NCBI RefSeq assembly: GCF_009914755.1 | Contig: NC_060928.1 | Origin: the human T2T-CHM13v2.0 reference genome, Homo sapiens | Strand: one strand, 5' to 3' | DNA length: 64,000 nucleotides | In this document: positions 16,248 to 27,530 of the stretch, in pieces | Numbering within the stretch: position 1 is the first letter of the stretch | Layout of the letters: every line of letters starts with the position of its first letter | Made by a program: the position numbers and the translations under genes | The notes under the pieces: model-generated | The model's database searches: none | The model's input: only the letters and a program-made list of their open reading frames with translations | Told to the model about the DNA's origin: nothing

Positions 16248-18595
16248 CAGGCATACCTCTTTTTCCTGCACTTCACTTTATTGTGCTTCTCAGATATTGT
16301 GATTTTTACAAATTGAAGGTTTGTTGCAACCCTGCATTGAGCAAGTCTATCAGCACCATTTTTCTATCAGCATGTGCTCATTTCATGCCTCTGTGCCACA
16401 TTTTGGCAATTCTCACAATATTTCAAACTTTTTCATTATTATTATATCTATTATGGTGATCTGTAATCAGTGATTTTGATGTTACTATTGTCATTGTTTT
16501 GGGACACCATGACTGTGCCCCCATAAGATGGCAGACTTAACCAATTAATGTTGTATGTGTTCTGACTGCTCCGGTGACCAGCCATTCCCCCAATTTCCTC
16601 CCTTCTGTAGGGCCTCTCTATTCCCTGAGACACAAGAGAATTGAAATTATGCTAACTAATAATCCTAAAATGGCCTCTATGTGATCAGGTAAAAGGAGAA
16701 TTGCATGTCTCTCACTTAAAATCAAAAGATAGAAATGATTAAACTTAGTGAGGAAAACATGTCAAAAGCCAAGATAGACCAAATCTAGGTTTTGTGTGCC
16801 AAACAGCCAAGCTGTGAATGCAAAGGAGAACTTCTTGAAGGAAATTAAAAGTGCTACTCCAATGAACACACAAATGATAGGAAAGCAAAGCAGCATTATT
16901 GCTGACATGAGTAAAATTTGAGTGGTTTGGATAGAAGATCAAACCACCCACAACATACCCTAAAGTAGGAGCAAGCCCCTCTTTTCAATTCTATGAAGGC
17001 TGAGAGAGGTGACAAAGCTGAAGAAGAAAGGTTGGAAGGTAGCAGAATTGGTTCATTGGGTTTAAGAAAAGAAGCCATCTCTATGACATAGAAGTGCCAA
17101 GTGAAGTAGCAAGTTCTGATGGAGAAGTTATCCAGGAGATCTAACTAAAATCATTGATGAAGGTGGCACACTAAACACCAAATTTTCAATGTTGGTAAAA
17201 CAGCCTTCTGTTGGAAGAAGATGCCATCCAGGGCTTTCATAGCTAAAGAGAAGAAGTCAGTGCCTGGTTTCAAAGCTTCAAAGGACAGGCTGACTCTCTT
17301 GTTTGGGGTTAATGCAGCTGGTAACTTTAAGTTGAGACCAATGATCATTTACCATTCCAAAACTTCTAGGGCCCTTAATAATTGTGCTAAATTTACTCTG
17401 TCTGTGCTCTAGAAATGAAACAACACAGCCTGGATGGTAACACATCTGTTTACAGCATGGTTTACTGAATATTTTCAGTCCACTGTTGGGACCTACAGCT
17501 CAGAAAAATAAAAGAAATTCCTTTCAAAATATTACTGCTTATTGACAGTGCATCTAGTCACCTAAGAGCTCTTACGGGGATGTACAAGGAGATGAATGTC
17601 GTTTTCATGCCTGCCAACATAACATCCCTCCTGAAGTCCATGGGTCAAGGAGTAGTTTTGACTTACAAGTCATATTATTTAAGAAATACATTGTGTAAGA
17701 CTGTAGCTGCCATAGTAGTGATTCCTATAATGAATCTCAGCAAAGGAAGTTGAAAACCTTCTAGAAAGGATTCATCAATCTAGATGCCATTAAGAACATT
17801 TATGATTCATGGGAGGAGGTCAAAATATCCACATTTACAGGAGTTGGGAAGAAGTTGATTCCAACCTTCATGGATAACTTTGAGGTGTTCAAGAATCCAG
17901 TAAAGGAAGTCACGGTAGGTGTACGGGAAATAGCAAGAGAATTACAATGAGAAGTTAAGCTTGAAGATGGAAGTGAATTGCTGCAATCTCATGATCAAAC
18001 TTGAATAAATGAGCAGTTGCTTCTCATGAATGAGCAAACAAAGTGGTTTCTTGAAACAGAATCTACTGCTGGTATAGATGCTGTGAACAACGTTGAAATG
18101 ACAACAAAGGATTTAGAATACTTCATAAATGTAGTTGACAAAGCAGTGGTAGAGGTTCAGAGGATGGCATCCAATGTGGAAAGAAGTTCTACTGTGGGTA
18201 AAATGCTGTCAAACAGCATGTTCTCGCATGTACAGAGAAATCTTTCATGAAAGAAGCAATCGATGTTGCAAACTTCATTGTTTTAAAATACTTCCACAGT
18301 CACTCCAAACTTCAGCAACCACCACCCTGGTCAGCAGCCGTCAACATCAGAGGCACGGCCCTCCACTTACAAAAACATTAGAACTTGCTGAAAGCTTGGA
18401 TGATCAGTAGCACTTTTTAGCAATAAGGTATTTTTAAATTAAGATATCAATGTCATTGTTTAGACATAATGACAGTGCACACTTAATAGACTATAGTGTA
18501 GTGAAAACATATCTTTTATATTCACTGGGAAACCAGAAATCATGTGACCTGCTTTATTGTGATATTTACTTTATTGCAGTGGTCTGGAACCAAAT
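16248..18595 (+). mobile_element. Tigger1 DNA transposon, near full length, transposase decayed
   Basis: TA|CAGGCATACCTC 5' terminal inverted repeat (TIR); transposase remnants from ~16670 ([39 protein letters not shown]); 3' subterminal GCTTTATTGTGATATTTACTTTATTGCAGTGGTCTGGAACC. Confidence 0.93.
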
Positions 18596-20009
18596 TCATC
18601 TGATTTTGACACCGACTATGGTTCAGAGAATATCTGAGCAGGGACAGCCTTCCAGGAGGTAAAGAACATAATGATGTTTCTGGAACTTCATACAAAGAAG
18701 CAGACTACTTTCATGTGATCACCTGGCTCCCAGTGCACTCCAGAGTTTCAAGGCATACTGTTCTCCTTGTCTACAACAGTGTGTGATTCTAACTAGATGG
18801 GCCACCACTCTGTATCTCACAGCTGTGTAGTACATGGTTGAGTTTGTAGGTGTGAAGAAGGTAAACGTCAACAATTTGGCCCCTGAAAATGAGGACACTG
18901 GCTCAGGGCTGAGGATTCTGACTTTCTACTCAGCAATGTATTATCATCGCTAGTCAACGTGAACCACATTAAGAGAGAGCCTATTAAAAGCCTTTCCCAC
19001 TTTTCCCCAACCCCACAGTCCTTCATTACTACTTCCCACCTGCCTGAAATTGAGAACATCTAACTCACAATCCACCCACAAACACTTTCTCCACCTTCCA
19101 TCCCATCTTAGAATAAGAACCCTTTTCCTTTTCATTGTGAACAGCTCCACTTGTACTCTATTTTCATTTTTTCTCTAGAAATGTGCTCCATAAGATATCC
19201 CTACCATGACTTCCATTCTCTTTTGAACGTTCAACCTCTCCCTGTCTGCCTGGCCTTTCCTCTCTGTCTTAAATCTAACACAATCCCAAATCCTGATACT
19301 CCACTGAACTGCTCTTCTCCCTCATTTTTTTTTCACTTCAATGACAAACTCCTTAAAATAGTTTACTTTTCTAGTCTTTTCCTATATCTCTTTACCAGAT
19401 CCAGCCTTTCCTCTTCTTTCAGCTACTTGCAGCAAAATAATGTTCCCCAGAGTAGCTACATGTAACTTTAGAAGCATTGAAAATGTATGCATTCTTTGCC
19501 AAAGCCTTTTCTAAACCAAGGAATGAGTTATTCAGCACACACACACACACCACACAGCAACACGTCCTAAATACACTTTGGACCTCTCACCTTACCCACA
19601 GAGTTTCTGCTGTCCATGGCAGATCTTCCCAATCTCCTCTTTCTTGAAAATTATTCCAAAATGTTCTCTCCCTACCCCACACCAGTTCTCTATCTTCAGA
19701 TAAACATACTATGGAAGATGATCTATTATTCTCATTCGTCTGAGCCAGGGCAATGCAAACAAAGACACACCTTCTCAAAGAAGGTCCAATATACTAGGGT
19801 CCACAGGGGTTCCTGTATTCACAGCTAAAAATATACCACCACTCCATTCCACTCTGGCCCCTGGTCATTTTCTTCTGTTTCTTCTGTTTTTTCTTTGTTA
19901 TGCCCCTAAGGATGGGATGGCCTAGCACATGGGACTTTGTCCATCAAGCTCTCTTCTAATGAACCTGACACCAGGAAATGTGTTCTCAGGAAGAAGCAAA
20001 GCATCAAAA

Positions 20010-20560
20010 TTCAATCCATCAACAGACAAATGGACAAAGAAAATGTGGTATCAACACACAAGAGAATACTATGCAGCCTTTAAAAAGAAGGAAATCCTGT
20101 CATTTCCTTCTTTTTAAAGGCTGCATATTTTAAAACCTGGGAGGATACTAAGCCAGGCACAGAAATAAATACTGCATGATTTCATTTTCACATGGAATCT
20201 AAAAAAGTTGAGCTCATAAAAACAAAGTAGAATGTTTGATACCAGAGGCCTGGGGACTGGGAGGAGGAGAGATGTTGGTCAAAAGGGACAGAGTTACACT
20301 TAGAAAGGAAAAATAAGATTTAGAGCTCTATTACACAGCATAGTGACCATAGTTAATGATAGCATAATGTATAGTTCAAAACTGCTTTTAAAAAAGTAGA
20401 CTTTACATGCTTTCACAACAAAACAAATGAAAAATAGGTGAAGTGATGAATATGTTAATAAGTTTAATTTCATCTTTCTACAATGTGTACATATATTAAA
20501 ACATAACATTATACCCTATAAATATATGCAATTATTATTTGTCAATTTAATTAATTAACT
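20010..20560 (+). mobile_element. Old L1 (L1MA-type) 3' end
   Basis: CCATCAACAGACAAATGGACAAAGAAAATGTGG...ATATATTAAAACATAACATT...ATTATTTGTCAATT. Confidence 0.85.
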
Positions 20561-21499
20561 TCTAAAAATTCAATCCAACTGCCTTTATAGCCTTTGCTCA
20601 AACTTGCTATTTGATTTTGTTCTCTGCAAACTGCCATGGAGGCCCTGTTCTCTTAGTCTATTCTGGAAGCCCTCATATATATCACTCTTGGCTATAAATT
20701 GCTCTTACATGAACTAATCCATCTATTTTTGAATCTTCAAAATGATCCCCATTATGTCTTCAAGAAACCCCACTGCATAAAATGCTTTCCTCCTTCCAGT
20801 TGATAAGTGCTTATAAATCTGGCATATGATTCGATGACTTTGAACCAAGTCTCCTACTCTTTCAACAGTTGCTCAATATTCCGTCATTGAAATAGAGGAC
20901 TTTGTGGCTTTGCATCTATACATAATGTTAGATGCTGTTTCTCTTACTTAATCCCCATCACCCTCACTTCTCAGGAGCATGATGGTGATGTATGGTTGTA
21001 TGGTAGACACAGAAATAATAAGATTTAGTATTTAATGCATACCTACTCTTAGTCATAACTTTAAAAATATTTCATTTAATCCTCATAATAATCCTGCCTT
21101 GTAGATATTATTGCCAGTTTACAGATGAAGAAAGTGAGTTTTAGAAGTTGAAGTAACCCGATTAGTTATCAGAGTCAGATTTAAACTCAAATCTACCTGA
21201 CTCAAGTACTTTTGACAAAGATAAGTTGCACTAATGTTCATGTTACTAATTAACACCTAATGAACAATGTATAATTCAAAAATGACACAAATTTTGTGAG
21301 AAAATATAATTATTCACTCATTTAATTTTTCACTCTGCTTTAAGCCTCCCTAATTCTAAAAGTAGAAAAATCAGCCAAGTACAGATTACCTATATTTAGC
21401 TGTAATATAGAAAAAGAAAAAAGTTGCAATGAAATTCAACACTGAGAAAAATGTTTCTTAATCTAATTAAGGCTATTTAAAAGAAAAAGAAAACTAAAG

Positions 21500-23290
21500 A
21501 AAGCAACCTACTGAGCTTAGAAGCATTCCTATTAAAGTTGGAAACAAGACAAATTACCAACTATCACCACTTCTACTCAACATTGTCCTACGAGCCCTTG
21601 CCAATAAAACAAGAAAAATAAGAGTTAAAACAATTAGAAAACAAATTAAAAAGGGCTTCTTTGCTCTTCAATATGGATGCAGAAAGTCCAAAAGAATAAA
21701 CAAACAAAACAATACTGGGAGAATTCAGCACTACTGCAGGACGCAAAACCAGTGTACTAAAATCAGTGTACTCTTACATAGCAGTAATAATCAACTAGAA
21801 AACAGTAGGAAAAAAGATATCATTTGTGATACCTGTGGAGCTACAAAGTAATTAGGAAGAAATCTAACAGAATATTTTAAAAATATTTCTAATATAGTAA
21901 ATTACCAAACCAAAAAATCTTAAATATCATAAAAATGTAAGCTGCAGCCTAGTTAATCTCTAAATTCAATGCAATGTCAATGAAAATCTCCACAATGATA
22001 TTGATATGGAAAAACAAAGACAACTTTTAGTGAAAAAACAAGGTGAGGAGCAGACCTTGTCTTTATAGCTGACTAAAAACTATAATAATTATGGCAGTGT
22101 GGTGGTAGGTCAGAGTTTTGTTTTTTTTTTCCAAATAGACAAGTGAAAGAGACTAGAAAGCCAAAATACAGATACATTAATACATACAAACTTGATACAC
22201 GGCAGGAATAAAATGATCTGTTCAGCAAAAGAAGCGAGGATAACTGCTTATTTATACAGGAAAAAACTGGATCCTCATATACAAAAATAAATTCAACTTG
22301 AAATTTTTGAAAGAAAATATGGAAGGAAATCTTAGTGAAAAGAGAAACCACAGATTTGGAGAATACATTTATAAATCATTTAATCAAGGAAAATTAACAT
22401 CTAGAATATATGTAAAACTCCTACAAATGACAGACTCTTTCTTAGACCAAATTTCAGTTAGGCTCCTCTGAGGTCTCTTCTCAACCAGACCTTCGACTTC
22501 TGTGTCCATTTTTGCAGAATTCAGTCATAGCAAGAATCCTGCCAAGTCAGTTTAGCAAGAATCCCCTCATCCTTTATATATGATCACTCTTAATATCTGA
22601 TCAAATTCCTCATTCCCTCTGACTCAGGGAAAAATCAAATAATTATTTTTAAAAAATTCTTCATTCTCCACCATCCCCAAAGTGATATATAATCACCCTG
22701 GCCTGCCTTCAGCAAGAATTCCATTAAATTGGTTTAGTAGGAATCCTCCTACCCTTGATGTTTTCTCTTAAGAATATTCCATGCATTCTTCCCCTCTCTC
22801 TGCTAATTGGCTATAAATGCCAACCTGTCTTTACTTTATTTAGAGTTGAACCCAATCTCTCTCCGCTGTTGCCATAGAAGCAACCCTTATTGCAACAGTC
22901 TTGAATACACTCTTCCTTACTGTTTTAACAAGTGTCAGAATAGTTTTTTCTTTAACACAAATCATTAAGAAAAAAAAACTCAACTAAAAATGTGCAAAAC
23001 AGATGAATAGGAAACATAAAAGTAAACTTATGACCAAAACGCATATGAAAAGATGCTCAACTGCACTATAATCAGAAAGACAAATCAGAAAAAGATACCA
23101 CTTCAGACTTATTAAATTGGCAATAATCTTTTTAAGTCTGAAATTTCCAAGTATTGCTAAAGACAAAGAGAAAACAGGAATTATTTTTTGCTGTTCATGA
23201 GAAGGTAAACAAACATAAGAGGCTGGAAAGCATTTTGTTGTTATTCAGCAAAATTAAATGTGTGCATACTCCATGACCCATTTTTACACA
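21500..23290 (+). mobile_element. Old L1M ORF2 remnant interrupted by an LTR
   Basis: TTAGAAGCATTCCTATTAAAGTTGGAAACAAGAC...CACTTCTACTCAACATTGT; CATATGAAAAGATGCTCAAC. Confidence 0.75.
22428..22957 (+). mobile_element. MER31-like solo LTR (ERV1)
   Basis: TGACAGACTCTTTCTTAGACCAAA...TTCTTTAACA; 4-bp TSD CAAA; repeated AGCAAGAATCC motifs. Confidence 0.8.
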
Positions 23291-23755
23291 TCTATTTATT
23301 AGATAATAATATATATGTATATGATACATATTAATATATAATATAAAACTTTATATATGTGTTTATATGTGTATATATGTAAATATATATATTATATATA
23401 TGTATATAAAAAACTATTCACAGAGGGAAAAGAAAAACCTAAAAGTCTACAGATTATCTCCAGAACTCAAAACTTCATAACATTGGAATTGTGTTTGCAT
23501 GGACCTGAAAGCACATTCCAAAGGATTAAAATTATAAACTCCACAAAAATGCTGACTATTTAAATGTTTATCACACAATTAATGAGAATGTTATCTTTTC
23601 ATATGGATATCAAAGTAGTCCATGACTGACACCCATAAGAAACTGACTGTTCTCCAAACAGAGTAAATAGTACAGATTTTTGTACCTTTAAAAGCACATT
23701 CATACCTAATCTTATTTGATTATACTAGCTGACCTAAGAGTTGGCAATATCAACA

Positions 23756-23907
23756 TTTTGTTTGTTTGTTTAAGATAGGGTCTCACTGTTGCCCAGGCTG
23801 GTCTTCAACTCCTGGACTCTGGTCTTCAGCTCCTGGGCTCAAGTGATCCACCTGCCTTGGCCTCTCAAAGTGCTGGAATTACAGGCATGAGCCAACAGTG
23901 CCTGGCC
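23756..23907 (-). mobile_element. Alu monomer (FLAM or AluJ left arm) with an internal ~20-bp tandem duplication
   Basis: CTGGTCTTCAACTCCTGGACT CTGGTCTTCAGCTCCTGGGCT then CAAGTGATCC. Confidence 0.85.
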
Positions 23908-25149
23908 CAATGTTTGTTTTATTTTTTAATGAACTTTCTGTGTAAATGTTGATGCCACCAGCCTCCACAAGAATGGAATATACTAGCTGGCCAAATGATT
24001 AGCTAACATAAGGAACCAGAACAGATAACCCTAGATCCCTCCTGACATTAGCTATCAAATAAAATGCTTTTGTCAAATTTACATAACTTGGACATGCTTT
24101 TATCTGGGGAAAAGCAAGTAGTTCTTAATGTAGTGTTTTCCTTCCTTGGCAAGTGGCTCTAGCTGGTATTTCAAGGCTCTAACAGAGAATCGGTGGTGCA
24201 AAGCCTGATAAATCGTCATTTGAATAGCAAATTATATTGGACTTTAAGATTCTCTTCCATTAAGAGAGAGTAAATGTTCCAAATTCTCTTAATTTATCTG
24301 ACAGGTCAAAGGCAGGCTTGTGGGCATTTATATTCAGAAGGTTGTCTTTATTACTAAATTACCTATGAGCTTTTAAAGTCCAGCTTTACTTTCTAGAAAA
24401 TCTACTCAAATTTTAAGGTAGATAAGAAAAATGAGAAAGAATGGAATTCTGTATATTTTACCTTCTCATTTTGTTACCCTAACCTAGAAGGAACATATAC
24501 AAATAGATTCAAACAGCTATGTGGTTTATTACAAGAAGTCATCTTTTAAGTGATGATCTTTACATAATTAAGCATATGGATTTAGAAGCTATTCCCAAAG
24601 GTGCAAAAGATGAAGTGATGCGACTTGATGACTATGATAAAAACTAAGAAAAGACAAAAATGGTAAATGGAAGAGGGAGGGAGATGTATATTTATCACAA
24701 GTGTACAATGTATTAGACACAATGTTGCATAGTTGACCCATAAGAAATTATTTCACTTTCACAAAAATCAGTAAATTAAGAATCTTTGCTCCTCATTTAA
24801 CAGATGAGCAAAGGCTCAAAGGTGTTAATTATTTTTTCCCAAATCAAACAACATATTTTAATCCTAAGATGCAAACAATGGCCTGTGTAATTCCAAAGCC
24901 TATGCTTCTCTTCCACATCCAACTGCCTTGCAAGAAAAGGAGACTCAGAAGAAGCACCAGGAAAGTATTACAGCAGCTAAAATGGTGACAGAGCAAGGAT
25001 GGTATCATGTTACCAAGACCACCTCATAAGTAATTCAACAGGGAGGGGAGGGGCTCCAGCGAAAAACCTGCCTTTATATTTCTAGCATTTAGCCCACAAT
25101 AGGTACTCACTTATGTGTTAAACTATAGGAATGGCTCAGGAAGAAAGAG

Positions 25150-25275
25150 TGAATGAGGATTAGGAACATAGCTTGTGGCCCACGCCTGTAGTCCTAATTA
25201 CTCTGAAGGCGGAGTGGGAGCATTGCTTGAGCCCAGGTGTCTGAGGTTACAATGACCCTGTCTCAAAAAAAATGA
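25150..25275 (+). mobile_element. Degenerate Alu fragment
   Basis: CACGCCTGTAGTCCTAATTACTC...GCTTGAGCCCAGG...ACCCTGTCTCAAAAAAAA. Confidence 0.7.
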
Positions 25276-25439
25276 ATAATTTAATTTAATTTTAAAAAGA
25301 GGAATATCACATGCTGCCTAGAACAACCACTTACATTATTCTAAAAATGTTCAGAGAATAGGTAGTGAGTTTAGAAACTGCACATGATTAAGCATGTACG
25401 GAGATGATGAGGAAGGCTGGTTAACAAATGGAAACAATA

Positions 25440-25690
25440 GGCAGCGTAGTGTAAGGTAACAGTTAACCAAACAGACCAGGAAACAGGATTCCTGCACTTC
25501 AGTCCTAATGTGGTACCTGTGTGACCTTGGGTAAGTTCCTTACCTTCTCTGTACATCAGTTTCCAAATCTGCAAGATGGAAATAATAATCGTACTTGCCT
25601 CACAGGGTTGTTACTGTGAAGATTAAACGAGTTAATATATGTAAAGCATTTAAGAATATGTCTAACATATATAGTCTTATTTCAGAATTA
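25440..25690 (+). mobile_element. MIR
   Basis: TGTGTGACCTTGGGTAAGTTCCTTACCTTCTCTGTACATCAGTTTCC...CCTCACAGGGTTGTT. Confidence 0.85.
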
Positions 25691-25847
25691 GCCAATCTTT
25701 AGAAAAGTTGGACAGTTGTGGGAAAGAAGGTTTGAGAAAACTTGGGAGTAGCAGATTGAGGAAAAAAATAACACCTTGAGGTAGAAAAGATGGAACTTGT
25801 TTGTAGACACGGGAAAAGGAGAGATTCAGGAAAGATAAATGAAAACA

Positions 25848-26152
25848 GGCCAGATGTGGTGGCTCACACCTGTAATCCCAATACTTTGGGAGGCTAAGGC
25901 AGTAAGATCACTTGAGACCTGGAGTTCAAGATCAGCCTGGGCAACATAGCAAGACCCCATTTCTACACAAAAAAAATTTAGTTAGCCAGGCATGGTGGCA
26001 TGTGCCTGCAGTCTCAGCTACTTGGGAGGCTGAGGTGGGAGGATCCCTTGAGGCTAAGGAGTTTGAGATTTCAGTGAGCTCTGATTAAGCCCTGCACTCC
26101 AGCCTGGGTTATGGAGTGAGACCCTGTCCTAAAACAACAAAACAAAACAAAA
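25848..26152 (+). mobile_element. AluJ
   Basis: Dimer with CAGCCTGGGCAACATAGCAAGACCCC and a (CAAAA)n tail. Confidence 0.92.
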
Positions 26153-26809
26153 CTGGAAGAGGCCACAGGAAAGATGAGAATATTTAGAGGAACTGGCCTT
26201 AAAAAGGAGAAAGGACACCAGTTCTGGCACAAAGGGGACAGTGGAGAGAAGATGAGGACCCAGAGTAGTTTTTTTAAGAAGTAACAGAAGTAATGAGGTG
26301 AGACGGCAGAGTTCACACATTCCAAATCATCATCTCAGTCTCCTTGTTAAAGTAAGAAAATAAGAAATAAGAATTTTGTGGAGTAATAAAAAAAAAACTT
26401 TAGAACAGTTTTTCATGAATAAAAGTATACTTCATATCAGTGAAAGTAGGCTAAATTCAGTGGATTCAGGTACCAATTTTCATGACCTTAGCAACACATA
26501 GAGTAAAGCCAGATAAAATGACCTGTCCAGGGCAGGGATGCTCTGAGATAGACCCAGTGAGAGAGAAATTCCACTAACAGCAAAGACAACCCAGAATTTC
26601 TCCTCATGATTGGCTATATCATCTGCCTCTAGTTACTGTTTTTATGTAAGTACCAGTCAATCAAGATCAGTGGAAATCATTTCTTATGTCATTTTATTAT
26701 TTGTATAGTTTTCTATTTTAATTAATTGTTTTTATAGGGGAAATTAACTAATTTCTGTTTTTAAATCTTGTGATGTTCAAGAACTATATGATTTAAAATA
26801 GTAAATGGT

Positions 26810-27530
26810 CTTTTAGTGAAATAGTGCAGACCAGATATACATATTTATCTCTAGTCCATCCTGAAATGCCCTCTTGAAGCTATGTCCTTATAAAGGAATA
26901 AAGACATAAAACTGCAAGGACAGGAGGAAAGAGAGACAACATGACAGCATTGAGATTTGTATTTTGGAAGATGGAAAGAGGAAGGCAAGTTCTGACTGAC
27001 TTCACAGAGGAAGAAAGTCAACAAGAAGCAAAGTGATGCAGGACCCAGAACCTCAAAAAAGTTCAGGGATTAGAGGCACCAAGTACTTCTGAAGGCAGAG
27101 GGCAAAGACCGGAACTAAACATAAGAGAAGTGGCTGCAAGTCTATTTAGGGAACAAGTAGAACCTCAAGTCCTTCCTCCCAAGCCAATGTGGCAAGGCAG
27201 CCACCCCAAATGATGACTGGAGATCTACCCCTGGGGAAAGTGAACTAGAGAGACCCTCAATTCAAAGACACAAAGCAAACTGAAGACAGTTGGGAAGTAC
27301 AGTACTAAAGAAAGGGGTGTTATGTCAAATATTCTTAGTGCCCCAGTCCCCTTCTCCTCCCACTCCACTTCCCAAGTGATAGCCAGTAATATTCTACCCT
27401 TCTTCCCACCGCCAGGCAAGAATGGAGAAAAACACACCACCCAAAAGACTGGTAGACAAGCCCCATGCATATATGTACACACAGAACTTCCAGTCAGTTT
27501 TTTTTGTATTTCATACTTAAAAAAAAAAAA
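26810..27530 (+). mobile_element. Probable old L1M 5'-region fragment
   Basis: ATTTTGGAAGATGGAAAG...GGGATTAGAGGCACCAAGTACTTCTGAAG resembles L1ME/MD 5' ends. Confidence 0.45.

Noticed and set aside
16670-18250. Tigger1 transposase as a domesticated TIGD-like gene
   Set aside because: Multiple stops and frameshifts; only short frames remain
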